Shown: one piece after another, positions 1-13,100 of the stretch
How positions within the stretch are numbered: the stretch's first letter is position 1
Layout: every line of letters begins with the position of its first letter
Assembly (NCBI GenBank): GCA_016618085.1
Contig: JABLTG010000034.1
Location: 62,001-126,000 of the forward strand
Direction of reading: 5' to 3'
Source: Neovahlkampfia damariscottae
Lineage: Eukaryota
DNA: 64,000 bases
Made by a program: the position numbers and the translations under genes
The notes under the pieces: model-generated
The model's input: the letters and a program-made list of their open reading frames with translations, nothing else
What the model was told of the DNA's origin: nothing
The model's database searches: none

Positions 1-2
1 AT

Positions 3-2201
3 AGAAATGAAAGAACACTTGAAAATTTACAAAAAAAATTAAATGATCAAGAAAGAGATTTAAAAGATCAATTAGCACAAGAACATTCAAATAAAGATTC
101 TGCTGAATCTGCATTTAAATCAACAAGAGATCAATGTAGTGATTTAAAAAGACAAATTGATCAATTAAGTGCAGAAAAAGATAATATTGATGCAAAATTT
201 AAAAGATTAGAACAATCACTTGGTTCAGAACAAAATGAATTATTAGACGTTAAAAGAAATGTTACAGATTTACAAAATTCAATTAGATCAACATCAACAA
301 AATTAAAAGAAATTGAAAGTAAACATTCAAATGAAATGGAAGATAAAATTAGAAATGAACAAAAAAAAAATCTTTTAAATTCACAATTTAATGAAAATAG
401 AGATTATTTAGATTCAATTTTAAAAGAAAAAGAAGATTTAGAACAAGAAATTCAAAAATTAAGAAGTGAATATTCAAAATCAAAAGCAGAAATTGATGGA
501 TTAAGAGATGAAACAAATCAATTAAAAACAAAATGTTCATTACAAGAAGGTGATATTAAATCAACAAAAGATAGAATTGAAGATAATTCAAAGAATTTAA
601 ATGCATTAAAAGTTAAATCAAAAAATTTAGAATCAAAAGTTAATCAAGCAAATTTAGATAATGAATCTGGAAGAGGTGAAAAAAAAGTTTTAGAAGGTAA
701 AATTCAAAAAGCAGAACAACAATTACAAAAATTAAAACAAAAATTAGATGAAGAAAGATCAAAAACAAGAAAAGAACAAGAAGAAAAAACAATTTCTGAA
801 CAAGATTTACGTGAAAAAAGATTCGCATTAGAAACTATTCAAAAACAAATTGAAGATAAAAAAAGAAAATATAAAGATGCACAATCAAAAGTTAATGAAT
901 TAGAAACAATAATTTCAGATGAAAATTCAAGTGCTTCAAAACTTAGAGCTCAAATTACTCAATTAGAATCACAAAGAGTTGATTTAACTGAAAGATTAGA
1001 AGAATTAAATAAGAATTTAGGTTCTTCACAAGGTGGTTCAAAATCAAATAAAGATAAAATTACAGATGCTGAAAGAACTATTTCAGATGAATCTAAAATG
1101 TCACAAAAATTAACTTTAGAAAATCAAAAATTAAAAGCTGAATTAGATAAATTAAAAATGTATGGTGAAGAAAATGATAAAAAATATCAAAGAACACAAG
1201 AATCATTAAAAATGAGAATGGACCAATTAGAACAAGATCATGATTTAATTATTAGAAGATTAACTGATGAAAAAGCTGATTTAAAAAGAAATTTAAAAAT
1301 GGCTCAAAAAAATGCAAAAGTTTCATCAACAACAGAATCTTCATTTGGAACAGTTCCAAAAGAAGCACTTGAAAAAGTTGAATCAGATTTTGAAAAAGAA
1401 TTACAAAAATTAAATACTGAAGTTGAAGAATTAAGAAAAAATAAATTACAAATTGAAGCATCAAAAAGAAGTTTTGAATTTCAATTAAATTCTTTAAGAG
1501 ATCAATTAGATAATGAAGAAAGACAAAGAAAAAAAGTTGAAGTTCAAAAGAAAACATTACAAATTGAATTAGAAGATTTAAGAGAACAAGCTGATGAAGC
1601 AGAAGAATTAAAAGAAGAATTAGAAGATGTGCGACATGAAGCTCAAATCTTTAAAAAAGAATTATATGCTGAAAAAGAAAAAGAAAAAATTGAAAGAGAT
1701 AAAGCAGAAGATGAAGTTGAAAGATTTACATCACAAGTTGATGAATTAAAAAAACAATTAGCTGATGAACAATCTCAATCTGCATCAGAAATTAGATCAA
1801 CAAGACAAAAATATGAAAAAGAAGTTTCTGATTATGAAGATTTAATTTCAAAATCAAGAAAAGATAAAAAATCAACTGAAAGAGGTACAAAAAAAGTTGA
1901 TAGATCAGCTAGAGAAATTGCAAGAAAATTAAATAATGCAGAAATTGATCTTCAACAAACTGAAGAAAAAGTAACAATGCTTACAAAAGATCATGCTAAA
2001 ATTCAAAATGAATATGGTTCTCAATCAAGAAAATTAGCTTCACTTGAAGGAAATAATGATCTTTTAAAAAAAGAATCAGAAGAATGGAGTGAAAGAGTTA
2101 AAAAATTAGAAAAAGAATTATCTGATCTTAAACTTGATGTTGTAAAACAATCTTCAAAATCAAAAAAAGCAAAAAAGAGAATTGATTCAGATGAAGAATA
2201 A
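3..2201 (+). CDS. Long coiled-coil protein, probable myosin II heavy-chain tail (5' end outside window)
   Basis: Frame is open from base 3 to TAA at 2201. Continuous heptad-rich sequence; KRSFEFQLNSLRDQLDNEERQRKKVEVQKKTLQIELEDL resembles myosin-II rod segments. Motor domain not visible. Confidence 0.55.
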   Translation, partial: RNERTLENLQKKLNDQERDLKDQLAQEHSNKDSAESAFKSTRDQCSDLKRQIDQLSAEKDNIDAKFKRLEQSLGSEQNELLDVKRNVTDLQNSIRSTSTKLKEIESKHSNEMEDKIRNEQKKNLLNSQFNENRDYLDSILKEKEDLEQEIQKLRSEYSKSKAEIDGLRDETNQLKTKCSLQEGDIKSTKDRIEDNSKNLNALKVKSKNLESKVNQANLDNESGRGEKKVLEGKIQKAEQQLQKLKQKLDEERSKTRKEQEEKTISEQDLREKRFALETIQKQIEDKKRKYKDAQSKVNELETIISDENSSASKLRAQITQLESQRVDLTERLEELNKNLGSSQGGSKSNKDKITDAERTISDESKMSQKLTLENQKLKAELDKLKMYGEENDKKYQRTQESLKMRMDQLEQDHDLIIRRLTDEKADLKRNLKMAQKNAKVSSTTESSFGTVPKEALEKVESDFEKELQKLNTEVEELRKNKLQIEASKRSFEFQLNSLRDQLDNEERQRKKVEVQKKTLQIELEDLREQADEAEELKEELEDVRHEAQIFKKELYAEKEKEKIERDKAEDEVERFTSQVDELKKQLADEQSQSASEIRSTRQKYEKEVSDYEDLISKSRKDKKSTERGTKKVDRSAREIARKLNNAEIDLQQTEEKVTMLTKDHAKIQNEYGSQSRKLASLEGNNDLLKKESEEWSERVKKLEKELSDLKLDVVKQSSKSKKAKKRIDSDEE

Positions 2202-2309
2202 ATATTTTAAGTTTTTAGTTATTTAGTTGTTTTTTGGGTTTTGTGTTGGACTGAGTTTGAGTTTGGGTTGTTTTTTTCACATTGTGTTTTGGAAGAACAA
2301 ATCAAATTT

Positions 2310-5247
2310 TTATTTTTTTTGTTGTTGAAATTTATGAATTTTATCACCTAAAGCAGCAGCAATACCTTGTGCTTTTGATCTAATTCTAAAGAAACCAGTT
2401 AATTTTTCACCATTTTTTTCTAATGATAAATTTGCTAATGCATCTTCACCAAAACTTGATTTTGCATATAAATTTGCAGATAAAAAACCACAATCTTCAA
2501 CAAGAGCATCATCTGAAGTTAAACATTTCATATTTGTCATATTTGAAACAATATCAAGATATTCTTTTAATTCAAAATTTTCAGTTGAAATAACAATCTT
2601 ATTTTCCCAATCAAATTCAAACCACATTGTTCTAAATTCAGTATCAGTACAAATTGAAGGTAAAATATAATCCATAATATCAATTCTAATTTCATTTAAA
2701 ACGACACATTTTGATTCAGAAGCAACATCATAAATAATATTTCCAAAAATTAAACCTGATTCAGTTGAAGATACTTTAATACTTGTATTAATACGACGTT
2801 GTTCAAAACCACCTAATGTTTGTGGATGTGGTCTTTCAACAAGTTTTAAATCACCAATAGTTGCTAATTCAATATTTAAATTTTGTAATGTATCATTAGT
2901 TTGATTTACAATTAAAATATCTAAAAGAATATCAAATTGATGAACTGTAACTGTTGTTTCTGCATAAACTGTATCTGAAAATCCAGTTAATTGTGATACT
3001 TTATTTAATTTTGACATTCCTGAATTCTTTTCAACATTTGAAGTTGCAAGTAAAACATCTTCTTCTTCAAATTCATAAATATCAAATTTTCTTCCTTTTA
3101 ATTGGGTAATATTTAAACCACTATCAACTTGTTGATTTAAACTTTTTTCTTTTGCTTCAACAAATTCAATTTCTTTTCTTGTTTTTTCTTTAATTTTTAA
3201 AATTTCATCTAATTTATCTTTTGTATCATTTAATAAAATATTTGATGATATTTCATCATTATTGGTAAGAAGTTTAATAAAAAGTGATATTCTTTCTAAT
3301 GTATCTTTTTCAATGCTAATATTTTTTGAATTTGCTAATTTTATTAATCCAATTATTAATAAAATTGAATCAACAACAAAATTACTTGACATTTTTAATT
3401 CAATTGATCTTAATCCAATTTTAGTTAATGTTGATGATAAAACTGAAACTAAAAAACTATTTCCATTTTCAATTAAACCTATTAAATGATAATTAATTTT
3501 GATTCTTTTTTTTACTTTTAAGTGTAATAACTTTTTCAATAGATTCATTTGCTTCTTTTATAAATGTTTCATGTGCATATGTACCATCAGAATTTAATTT
3601 TGGTTGAGTTGAATTTTTATAATTTTCATCATTTTCTTCATCTTTTTTTATTGAAATAATATCAATTAATGAATCTTTAATGGTATCAAAAACTAATTCA
3701 ATTTCTTCTTTGGTTTCAGATTGTGTTCCTAAAATCCAAAAAATAACTCTAAATACTTTTGGTGATTTAATTGATGTAAAATCATCACATATCTTTTGAA
3801 GTATTATATTTTTTAATTTTGAATGTGTTTGTGAAATATCTCTTGCAAATGAAGCTGCTTCATATCCACATGAATCACCAATAAAATCAATTGCAAATAA
3901 TGTATTTGGTGATATTTCAGGATATTTTAATGTTAATTCATGTAATGAATGAATTAATATCTTTTTATATTCACTTGTTACTTGTGAATCTTCAATAATA
4001 TCAGTCTTTAATAATTCTTTTTTTAAACATGAAATAAAATCATCAATATTCTTTTGTGTAACTAATCCTAATGATGTTTCAAGTACTTTCTTTTTAATTT
4101 GCATTGAAGGTGATGATAATGCTCTTAATAAATCCATAAGAATAGATTGCATTACATCTGGATATCTATTCTTTAAATCAACTATTCTATCTAAAACTAT
4201 TAATTTAACATTGGAATCTCCATTCTATTGAATTTTAAATTATTTTTTTCATTTCTTACTGTAAGTAAAAGTTGAACATAACAATTTGCTGCTGCTTTAA
4301 TTGCAACAGAAGCAGATGAAAGTGAAATTAATGTACCAGCACATTGATAAAGAACAGCAGGTGATTTTGAATCCAATAAAGATGAAATGACACGTAAGTA
4401 TTTACTCTAAATGTTAATTCGTTTTTTTTTTTTTTTTTTTACTTTTTCATTTGGATAACTTTTACACATTTTACGTAATAAATTTAAAAGTGAAAGTTGA
4501 AATGTATCTCCTGCAGAAGAAAAACTATTAATATTTTCTCTAACATATTTAACAGCTCTTTCTTGATCACAATTTACCAACATGATAAATGCATTTCTTT
4601 TTGAAGTTGAATCAGGTTCTGTGTTCAAAATTTCTTCAATAAATTCAGGTGCATCTGGAATAAGATGCTCAAATCTTTGATAAATTGAATAAATAGCCAA
4701 AACTGCATTTCTTTTAACATAAGAATGTCTATGTGTTAAATTTTCAATAATTGGTTGGATCAGTGGTTCTAATAATTCAGGTTCATGTAATTTGCAAATA
4801 AAACGTAAAGTTGCTCCTCTAACATATTCATTGAAATGTGATAAGTCTTTTCTGAGGAAGTTACTTGGAAAAAGTCAAAAAAAAAAAAACAAGTAACTAT
4901 ACCAAATTAAATACATTTCTGGTAATAATTTTCCTGATTTATCTTTTTTATCAACAACTTCCCAATAATATAATAAGAGTTTTTTCAAAGGTTTGTATTC
5001 TGTTGGTTCAACATAACGTATAACTGTCATAAGAACTTTGTTTGAATGTCCTTCACCTTGTTGATGAAGTTGAATAACTTCATTCATTGCGTCATACTTT
5101 TTTTTTTTTTTAATTTTTTTTTTTTTTGGAATTTACTTTTTCTAGATCTGAACCCTTTTCAAGTGAGTTTAAGATTTCTTTTAAACTTCTAGGTTCATCG
5201 ATGTTGAAAACCAAGTGAGTACATTGCTTCTCTAATTGAGCAGACAT
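2310..5247 (-). CDS. COPB1: Coatomer subunit beta (beta-COP), 6 exons
   Basis: Spliced product starts MSAQLEKQCTHLV and includes LRKDLSHFNEYVRG, QLTGFSDTVYAE, FRTMWFEFDWENK and RIRSKAQGIA. GT-AG introns at 5097-5136, 4864-4902, 4407-4442, 4225-4259 and about 3478-3515. Confidence 0.95.
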
Positions 5248-5417
5248 TTTGGTTGGTGAAAAATACTTGGTCCAATGAAAATATCTCACGTATAAGAGAA
5301 AAAATTATTCAAAAAAACAAAAAAAGAAAATGAATTGAGTGGAATTTTCAATTTTTTGTTTTTAAGTTTTAACCAATAATTTCATTGCTTGTGTTGAATC
5401 AAAAGTTTATTGTAAAA

Positions 5418-5676
5418 ATGATGAAAGGAAGAATGGCAAAACCAACTAAATTAGTTCTTGCATTTAGAGAATTGACAAAACAAATTGTACCTTTAGAACG
5501 AAAATTACGAACAAATAAAATAGAAAAAGCTAAAATACTATCATTTTGGTTTATTGCTTCTGTAAGTTTCAAATTTTTTAATGAGACAATAATAGGTCTT
5601 GCCATTTGAAATATTAAGAACTTTAGAAACAAAAAAAACAATATTTCATTTAATGAAAGAGTATTATTCTAAATAA
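5418..5676 (+). CDS. Small hypothetical protein, 2 exons
   Basis: MMKGRMAK...WFIAS, then a GTAAGT...AATAG intron, then VLPFEILRTLETKKTIFHLMKEYYSK*. CCAAT at 5373. Confidence 0.55.
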
Positions 5677-5679
5677 ATA

Positions 5680-6335
5680 TTACCAGTTACTATCTTGAAA
5701 TTCTCCAAATCCTTCATTTGTATTTGTATCTTCTTCTAAATTTAAACTTCCTAAACCACCTGAAAATCCAGTATTTTCTCCAACAAGACGTTCTTTTCCT
5801 TTGGTTTTTACTTTAAGATTAACTTTAATAGTTGATCCTTCTTTCATGGAATAGTCTTTTTTTGGTTGATTATCCCAATCTGTTTGAACATTTTTTCTGT
5901 CTAACCATCTAAAAAAAATCAAAATTAGAAAATTCAAAAAAAAAACTTTTGATGATCTTGAAGAGCAACATTAAAATCAAAAGCTTCAGTTCTTTCTTGA
6001 AATCCAATTCCAATGAATGCATGTTTTCCATTGTTTTCGATTCTAAGAACAAAAAAACGACTTGAATCAATAACTTTTTCAACAGCTTTTGGAGCACCTG
6101 GTTTTGTATTTACAGTACAGACAGCAAATGGTTTTCCACTTGATGTATCTTCTAATCTGACAAAACAATCTTCTCCAGCAGCAACGACACGGCAACTACC
6201 ACTCCATAAATGAAGTGAAGGATCTTTTGTCCATCCTTCAGCTTTGTATCCATCAGAGGATACTTGATTTGGTGGAATTTTAAATACATGTACTTCTTTA
6301 ATTAAACAAAGAGTTTCTTCAAAATCGTCGGTCAT
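5680..6335 (-). CDS. NECAP: Adaptin ear-binding coat-associated protein (NECAP, PHear domain)
   Basis: Motifs VHVFKIPP, VEKVIDSSRFFVLRI and HAFIGIGFQERTEAFDFNVALQDH; intron at 5909-5946. Confidence 0.92.
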
Positions 6336-6402
6336 TATGCTATTGTGTTTTAAAAGCCAATCAAAAGTTACCTGAAAATTTAATTGGTTGCAAATAAAAA
6401 AA

Positions 6403-9400
6403 ATGAAGAGAAGAAAAAATGAAAATGAATTTGACAATACCACTATTTCTTTGGATAATTTACCATTAAAATCAACTTTTAATGTTGATATTAATTTCGA
6501 AATATCAGAAGAAATTAGTTTTTCGTCTTTTTTTGAAGATTATCAAAGAAAGAATAAAAATACAAGATCAAAAGGTTCTTTTGAAGTTTAATTTATTTTA
6601 GATTTCATATTTCAACACGATGAAAAACTCTCAGAATTTTCAAAACTTTTAAACGGTATTTTATTTTATTTTTTTAATTTTGTCTTACTTTGAAGATGAA
6701 TTCGAAAGAAAAGATTTTGAAATATTCTTAAAGAAAGGTCGCCCCATGGTTCAAAGGGATTTCAAAATTCTCTCAGATATTTTTCAAGAAAATAAAGACG
6801 AAAGAATTTTAAATGGTTTTCATTCCATTCAATTTATATTTTTAGTAATTTTAAGATATATCTGGGCTATATGTCACTATATTAAAAAGATTAATACTTT
6901 AGATAATTTGAAATCACTTTATAGTGATGAAGTCAAACAAGACGTATTGTCCAAAATAAATAACCAAATTTTAGATACTCATGATATTAAAAGAATTTGA
7001 GAATTTAGGAAATGAAAGAATAGAAAATATTTCAGTTTATAATTTAGTTTCAGAAATTGTACTTGATTTGATGATGAACAAAATATTTTTGAATGTTTTT
7101 CAATTTCTTTTTTAACAGTCTGTAAAAATAGATTTTCAAAATTGATTTCAAAAAAATGATTCAAATTATATATGATTCATCTGATATAATTGAATTTATG
7201 TCATTTTTATTTCATTCTTTGAAGTATTTTAAACTTGAAACTTAATATTTTTGTAGACACAATTCCATCAAAATGATACCTTTTATCACAAACTGGATTG
7301 GTTCAATTGAAGAGAATGAAGATGTTTATTTTATTTTCATGGAGAGTTTATTACAATTTTTGAAGAAAGAACAAGAATTTGAAGAAATAATAATACATCT
7401 ATTAATTGATTTAACAAAAATAGTTCCAAATTTAATAATTTCATCTTTACCAATTATAATTGAACATAAATTTACAAAACCAATTTGCAGAAGGTATTTA
7501 GTTGATTTATTAGGTGAAACAATTTCATATGTACCAAAAGAATATTATAATAAAATTCATCATCCAATTTTTATGAATTTATTAAAAGATAAAGGTATTA
7601 TATTTCATTTTATTAATAATACTCAAAGATTCATTCATTAGATCAAAATCAATTCAATATTTGAAAATTGATAATATTGTTATTTTATATGAAATAATGT
7701 TTGACAAAATTAAAAAAGTTAGAATTGATTCATTGAAAAAAATATACAAAATATTAAATGAAGATTCAATAATATTAAATAATGAACAAGAATTAACCTT
7801 AATTGAAAATTTGATGAAATTATATTTTATCATTTCAACTTCAGAGAAATGTTTGGATACTCTAAACTTTATTAAAGAAATTCTTTGTTTAAAAATGATC
7901 AAAACTATTCCATGGAAAAGATTAATATTATTAAAAGAAAAAACAATTTCAAGTTGTTTATTTTATGAAAAATATTTCAAAAATCAAAATATTCAAATTG
8001 AAGAAATAAAAAATTTAATGAATGAAAAATATCAAAATGAAGAAGAAATTAATCATTTAAATAATTTCTTTTTAATTTTTCAAAAGAATTATTCAAAAGA
8101 ATTTAATGAATTATTTCAATTAACATTTCATGAATATCAAATGAATAAGAATGAAAAATCATTAAAATTATTATTTTTCTTTTCTCAAATAAAATCAATA
8201 AATAAAAATGAAAGGGAGATTCTATATCAAATAATGTTACAAGAAGAAGAATTAAACTTATTTTTAATCAAAGTAAGACATTCATATTTAAACAAAAGAT
8301 TTTAATTCAATTTAAAGAATTTCATTCATTCATTTTAACAAAATCAAATGAAATTATCAATTCATTTAAAAAAGAAGGTCTATTATTGATACAAAGAATA
8401 TCAAAAGATATTGTTTTTGATTATTTTATTAAAATTGAAAATCAAATTTTAAAACAAGAATCATTTGATTTGAATCTATTGGTAAGTTTATAATGTGATT
8501 AATGTTTATGTAGAATGATTTCATTTTATCAATTGGTAATTTAATTGAAAAAGAAGAAATAAATGAATCTATGTTATTCAAAAAGTATTTATATTTTTTG
8601 ATTTCTATTCAAAATGAAATGGAAATGAATGAAATATTAAAATCTAGTTGTTTAATTTCACTTTTAAAAATAATGAAAAAATTACATCCAAATGAAGTAG
8701 AAAGAATATTTTCAAAAATGAAATTTAATTTCTCAAAAGAAGAAATTATTTATCATTATCAACTTTTAATTTTTATTTCAAATTTAATTCCAATTATTCA
8801 AATTGAAAAAAGATTTTCTTTTTTTTTATATTCATCTTTGAATAATGATCATTTTGAAATTAAGAAATTAAGTTTAATTTTACTTGGTAATTTATTTTTA
8901 AAAAGAAAAATTCAAATTGAAAATGTTCATCAATTATTCATTACTTTATTGGATGAAGATTTATTTGAAATATCAAAAAATATATTGTCAAATTTATTTC
9001 TTTTATTTTATGAAAATAATCATTCCATTTTATTGAATATCTTTATTCATGAAAAGAATAAGAAGATTATTCAAATTTTATATCAAAAAATATTCTCTTT
9101 GAAATTGGTGAGAATTATCAATAAAACTAATATTTATCAAATTAGAAATCAAAAGTATCCAATTTATTTGTTCATCATTTCATTGATAATCCAAATGAAG
9201 AATTATCAGAATTATTTTTATTATTTCCATCATCTGATTTGAATGATGTAGAAATTGAAAATCTTTTTAATTTTTTTCAACATTACAAAAATAATGAAAG
9301 AATTTTGCAAAATATTTCACACTTTCTAAAAAAGTCTAAAAATGAAATCATTACATCTAAAATTGAAATTTTAAACTCAAAAAAACGAAAAAAACAAGTA

Positions 9401-9472
9401 AAAGAAGAAGAAAGAGATATTACAGAATTGATTACAAATTTTAAATCAAATAATAATAAACTCATTTTGTAA
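6403..9472 (+). CDS. Multi-exon HEAT-type protein, possibly a divergent condensin non-SMC (Cnd1/CAP-D2/D3-like) subunit
   Basis: Chain of + strand ORFs joinable by short GT-AG introns. The segment LNNDHFEIKKLSLILLGNLFLKRKIQI...LLDEDLFEISKNILSNLF resembles the Cnd1 domain. Exon boundaries only partly resolved. Confidence 0.45.
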
Positions 9473-9493
9473 AGGTTGATAAATGTAAAATTT

Positions 9494-10003
9494 TTATAAT
9501 TTGTGTTGACCTGGTTTTCCAATATCTTCATGAGCAACATGTTTATAATGAGCACTTAAATTTGGATAACCTTCTTTTGCTGCACCATGTGGATAATAAT
9601 TGACTATTTTTTAAAAGTTAAAAAAGAGAAGTTTACCAGAATTTTTCAATTGATCCCATCCACCTCTATTTTTTCCAATGAAAAAGTAAGCAGTTGTAAT
9701 TGCCAAAGCGGAAAATAAGAAATGGTTTGTTCCAGTTTTTGTAAATTGTCTTACAGCAAATCTTGGAAATGAATCGTGAATAAATGTAACATTTTTTGGT
9801 CCTTTATATTTTAAACTTCTCCACCATGACCACATGTTAGTAGGATTTTTTGTGCTTCTCGCACTTTCCATATAAACTTTCATTTCTTCACCTGTTGGTG
9901 TTTTTTCTAAGTTTAATTGTTTATCCATTTTTCTTTGGAAAATTTGATCTCTTTTACTTTCAACAAATTTTTTACTGTATGCTTGAGCTGGTTTGTTTGA
10001 CAT
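9494..10003 (-). CDS. Small single-TM hypothetical protein, possibly mitochondrial, 2 exons
   Basis: ORF 9611-10003 is continued after a GTAAAC...AATAG intron by VNYYPHGAAKEGYP...QHKL*. Hydrophobic stretch FLFSALAITTAYFFIG. Confidence 0.65.
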
Positions 10004-10107
10004 TGGTAAAGTCGATACAAAATTTGATTGGATAAAAAAAACAACAACTTCTTATTGGATAAAAAAAAATAACCAATAAAAAATTAAAAAAATGAAAAAT
10101 TGAACTT

Positions 10108-13100
10108 TTATTGAATTGAACATTCTTTTCCTTGATCATCAACACCACCATTATAATATTCAATCATTTTTGAAAAACCTAACATTACAACTTTATGTGG
10201 AGGTTCAATTAATGATTTTGAATTTTCTGCATTGACTTCATTCAAATTCTTCAATAAACGAATTTCTTTTGAAATATGAGTCAATTCAAAACAATTATTT
10301 AAATTTAAAATTTCTAAATTTTTCAAATTTTGAATATCTTTTGAAATTATTTTAATTTTTGAATTTGATAAATCTAATTGTTTTAATTCTTTTAATTGAT
10401 AAAAACAGTTTGGAACATGTTTTAAATAAGGTGAATTTTTGAATGATAAATATTCAATATTTAAATTTTTAAATATTTTTTCATTTTCTTCTTCTTCAAT
10501 ATTATCTATATGATTTTGATTGGTTGTTGATTCTTGATCATTAAATTTTAAAATAGTTTTATCTAAATTTAAAACTTTTAAATTTTTTAAATTTTCAAAA
10601 TTTAAAGGTAATTGTTTGATTGGATTTTCAGATAAATCTAAATGATTTAAATTTTTTAATTTTGAAATAGTTCTTGGTAATTCTCTTAATTGACATTTTG
10701 ATAATTTTAAAACTTTTAAAAATTCAAATTTAGAAATATTTGAAAATAAATAAATTAAAGGATTTCCAGATAAATTTAATTCTTCTAAATATAATAATGA
10801 TTTTTCAAATTCATCTTGTGGAATATAATTAATTTCATTGAAGGATAAATTTAAATGAATTAAATTTTTTAATTTAAATATTTCTTCAAATTGAAAATCT
10901 GAAAATAAATTATTGGATAAATTTAATTCAATTAAATTATTTAATTCAGAAATTGAATCTTTTTTAAATTTATTTAATTTATTATTTGATAAATTTAAAA
11001 TTTTTAAATTTTTTAATTCTTTAATCTCTTCTGAAATTTCAATAATTTTATTATCGGATAAATTTAATTCTTGTAATTTTTCAAAATGTTTAATTGAATT
11101 AGTGATTTTATTTAATGAATTATTTGATAAATTTAATGAAATTAATTCATTTCCAATTTCATTTCCAAGTAAAAATATTTCTCTTGTTTCATAATAATCA
11201 ATATAATTATTTGATAAATTTAAAATCTTTAAATCTTTTAATTCTTTAATTTTTAATGGTGCTTCATATAATTTTAATTCATTTAAATTTAAAATTGTAA
11301 TTTTTGAAATATCATCATTTTCTATTTCTTCAAATTCTTTTAAATTTGAAATGATTAATCCTTTTTTATTTTCATCTTCAATTTCATTTTCAATTTCAAC
11401 TGAATATGATAATTTTAATGATTTTTTAATTTTTTTAAATGTTTCTTGTTTCTCTGATTTTGATTCGTTTAATAATTCATTTAATTTTGAATCATCCAAT
11501 CCACCAGAATTTGATGCTTCTTTAATAAAATTTTGAAATTCTTCTTTTTTTTCTTTTAATTCATCTTCTAATGTTTCATATTTTTTTTTTAAATTTTCAA
11601 AATTTTCGTTTCCAGTTTTTATTTGAACTTTTAAAAAATTATTTTCTTTTTCAATTTCTTCTTTTTTTGATTTAATTTCACTTAAAGTAACATTTTCATT
11701 TTTGATTTTGTCTTGATATTTTTTAAAATCTATTTTTAATTTTTCATTTTCTCCTTTTAATTGGTCAATCTCTTTTTTAAATTTTTCAATGTCATTTTTT
11801 AAAATTAAATTTTCTTTTAATTTTTCATTCATTTCTTTTTTTAAAGTTTCTTCAACTTCATCTTTTGATGATTCAGATGATTGAATTGTTTCTAATTTTT
11901 CTTTTAATTGTTTATATTCATCATCCTTTTCTTTTAATTTTTCTTTCAACGAATCAATTTGTTTGGAAAATAATTTTTTAATTTCTTCAGTATTTTCTTC
12001 TGATTGAGCAGAAGAAGATGTATTTTCAACTTCTTCTTTTAATGATTGAATTTGATTTTTTAAGTCTTTAATCTCCGAATTTAAATTAACAATTTCTGAT
12101 TCTTTTTGATTTAATTTTTCCTTTTTTTCTTTAAATTCTTCTTCAATTTCTTTTAATTCTTCTTTTTCTTTTTTTAAATTTTCAATTTCTTTTTTTGAAT
12201 TAAATTCTAATTCTTCATATTTTGTGTTTAATTGATTTTTTTCATCAATTAATTTGACCAATTCATCAGATGAAGAATCAGATGAAGATGATAAATTTTT
12301 TAATAAATTTGATTTTTCTTCTTCTGATTTTTTTAATTCATCAATTTTCAAGTTTAATTGGTTAATTTCTTTAGAAGATTCTAATTTCAAATTCGAAATT
12401 TCTTCTTCTTTTTCTTTTTTCATATCATCATATTTTTCATCTTTTTCTTCTAATTTATTTTTTAAATCTAAATTTAAATCTTCAATCTTTTTTTCTTTTT
12501 CAATAATAAATGAATCCTTTTCGGTAATTTCTTTTTCTAAATTTGAAATTTCTTCTTTCAATTTTTCTTCTTTTAAATTTGATTCAATTTCAACTTTTTC
12601 CTTCTTTAAATTATTCAATTCATCTTCTTTTTCATTTTTTAATTTTTCAATTTCATCTTCTTTTTCTTTGATTTCATCAATTTTTAATTTTAATTCATCT
12701 TCTTTTTCTTTTAATTCATCTTCTTTTTCTTTTAATTTTGAATCATTTTCTTGTTGATTTCCTGTTTTTAATGAATTTAATTCTTCTTCTTTCTTAAATA
12801 TTTCATCATCAAACTCTTTTTGTTTTCTTTCAATTTCTTCTTTTAATTTTTGAATTTCTTCTTGATTGGATGAATTATTTTCTTTTGATTCATTGGATGA
12901 TTCTTTTAATTTTTCTAATTCTTCTTTTAATGTATTAACTATTTCCTTTTCATTTTTTAATTCTTCATTTAATTCTTTTTCAATTTCTTCTTTCTTTTTT
13001 AATTTTTCATCTGAAACTTTAACTTCTTCTCTTTCTAATTCTAAATCAGTTTCTAAGTCATCTTTTTCATCTTCTAATTTTTTTATTTTCTCTTCAAATT

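Noticed and set aside
2230..2292. G/T-rich TTTGGG/TTTGAG stretch resembling telomeric repeats
   Set aside because: Irregular, with few units; more simply explained as a UTR between convergent genes.
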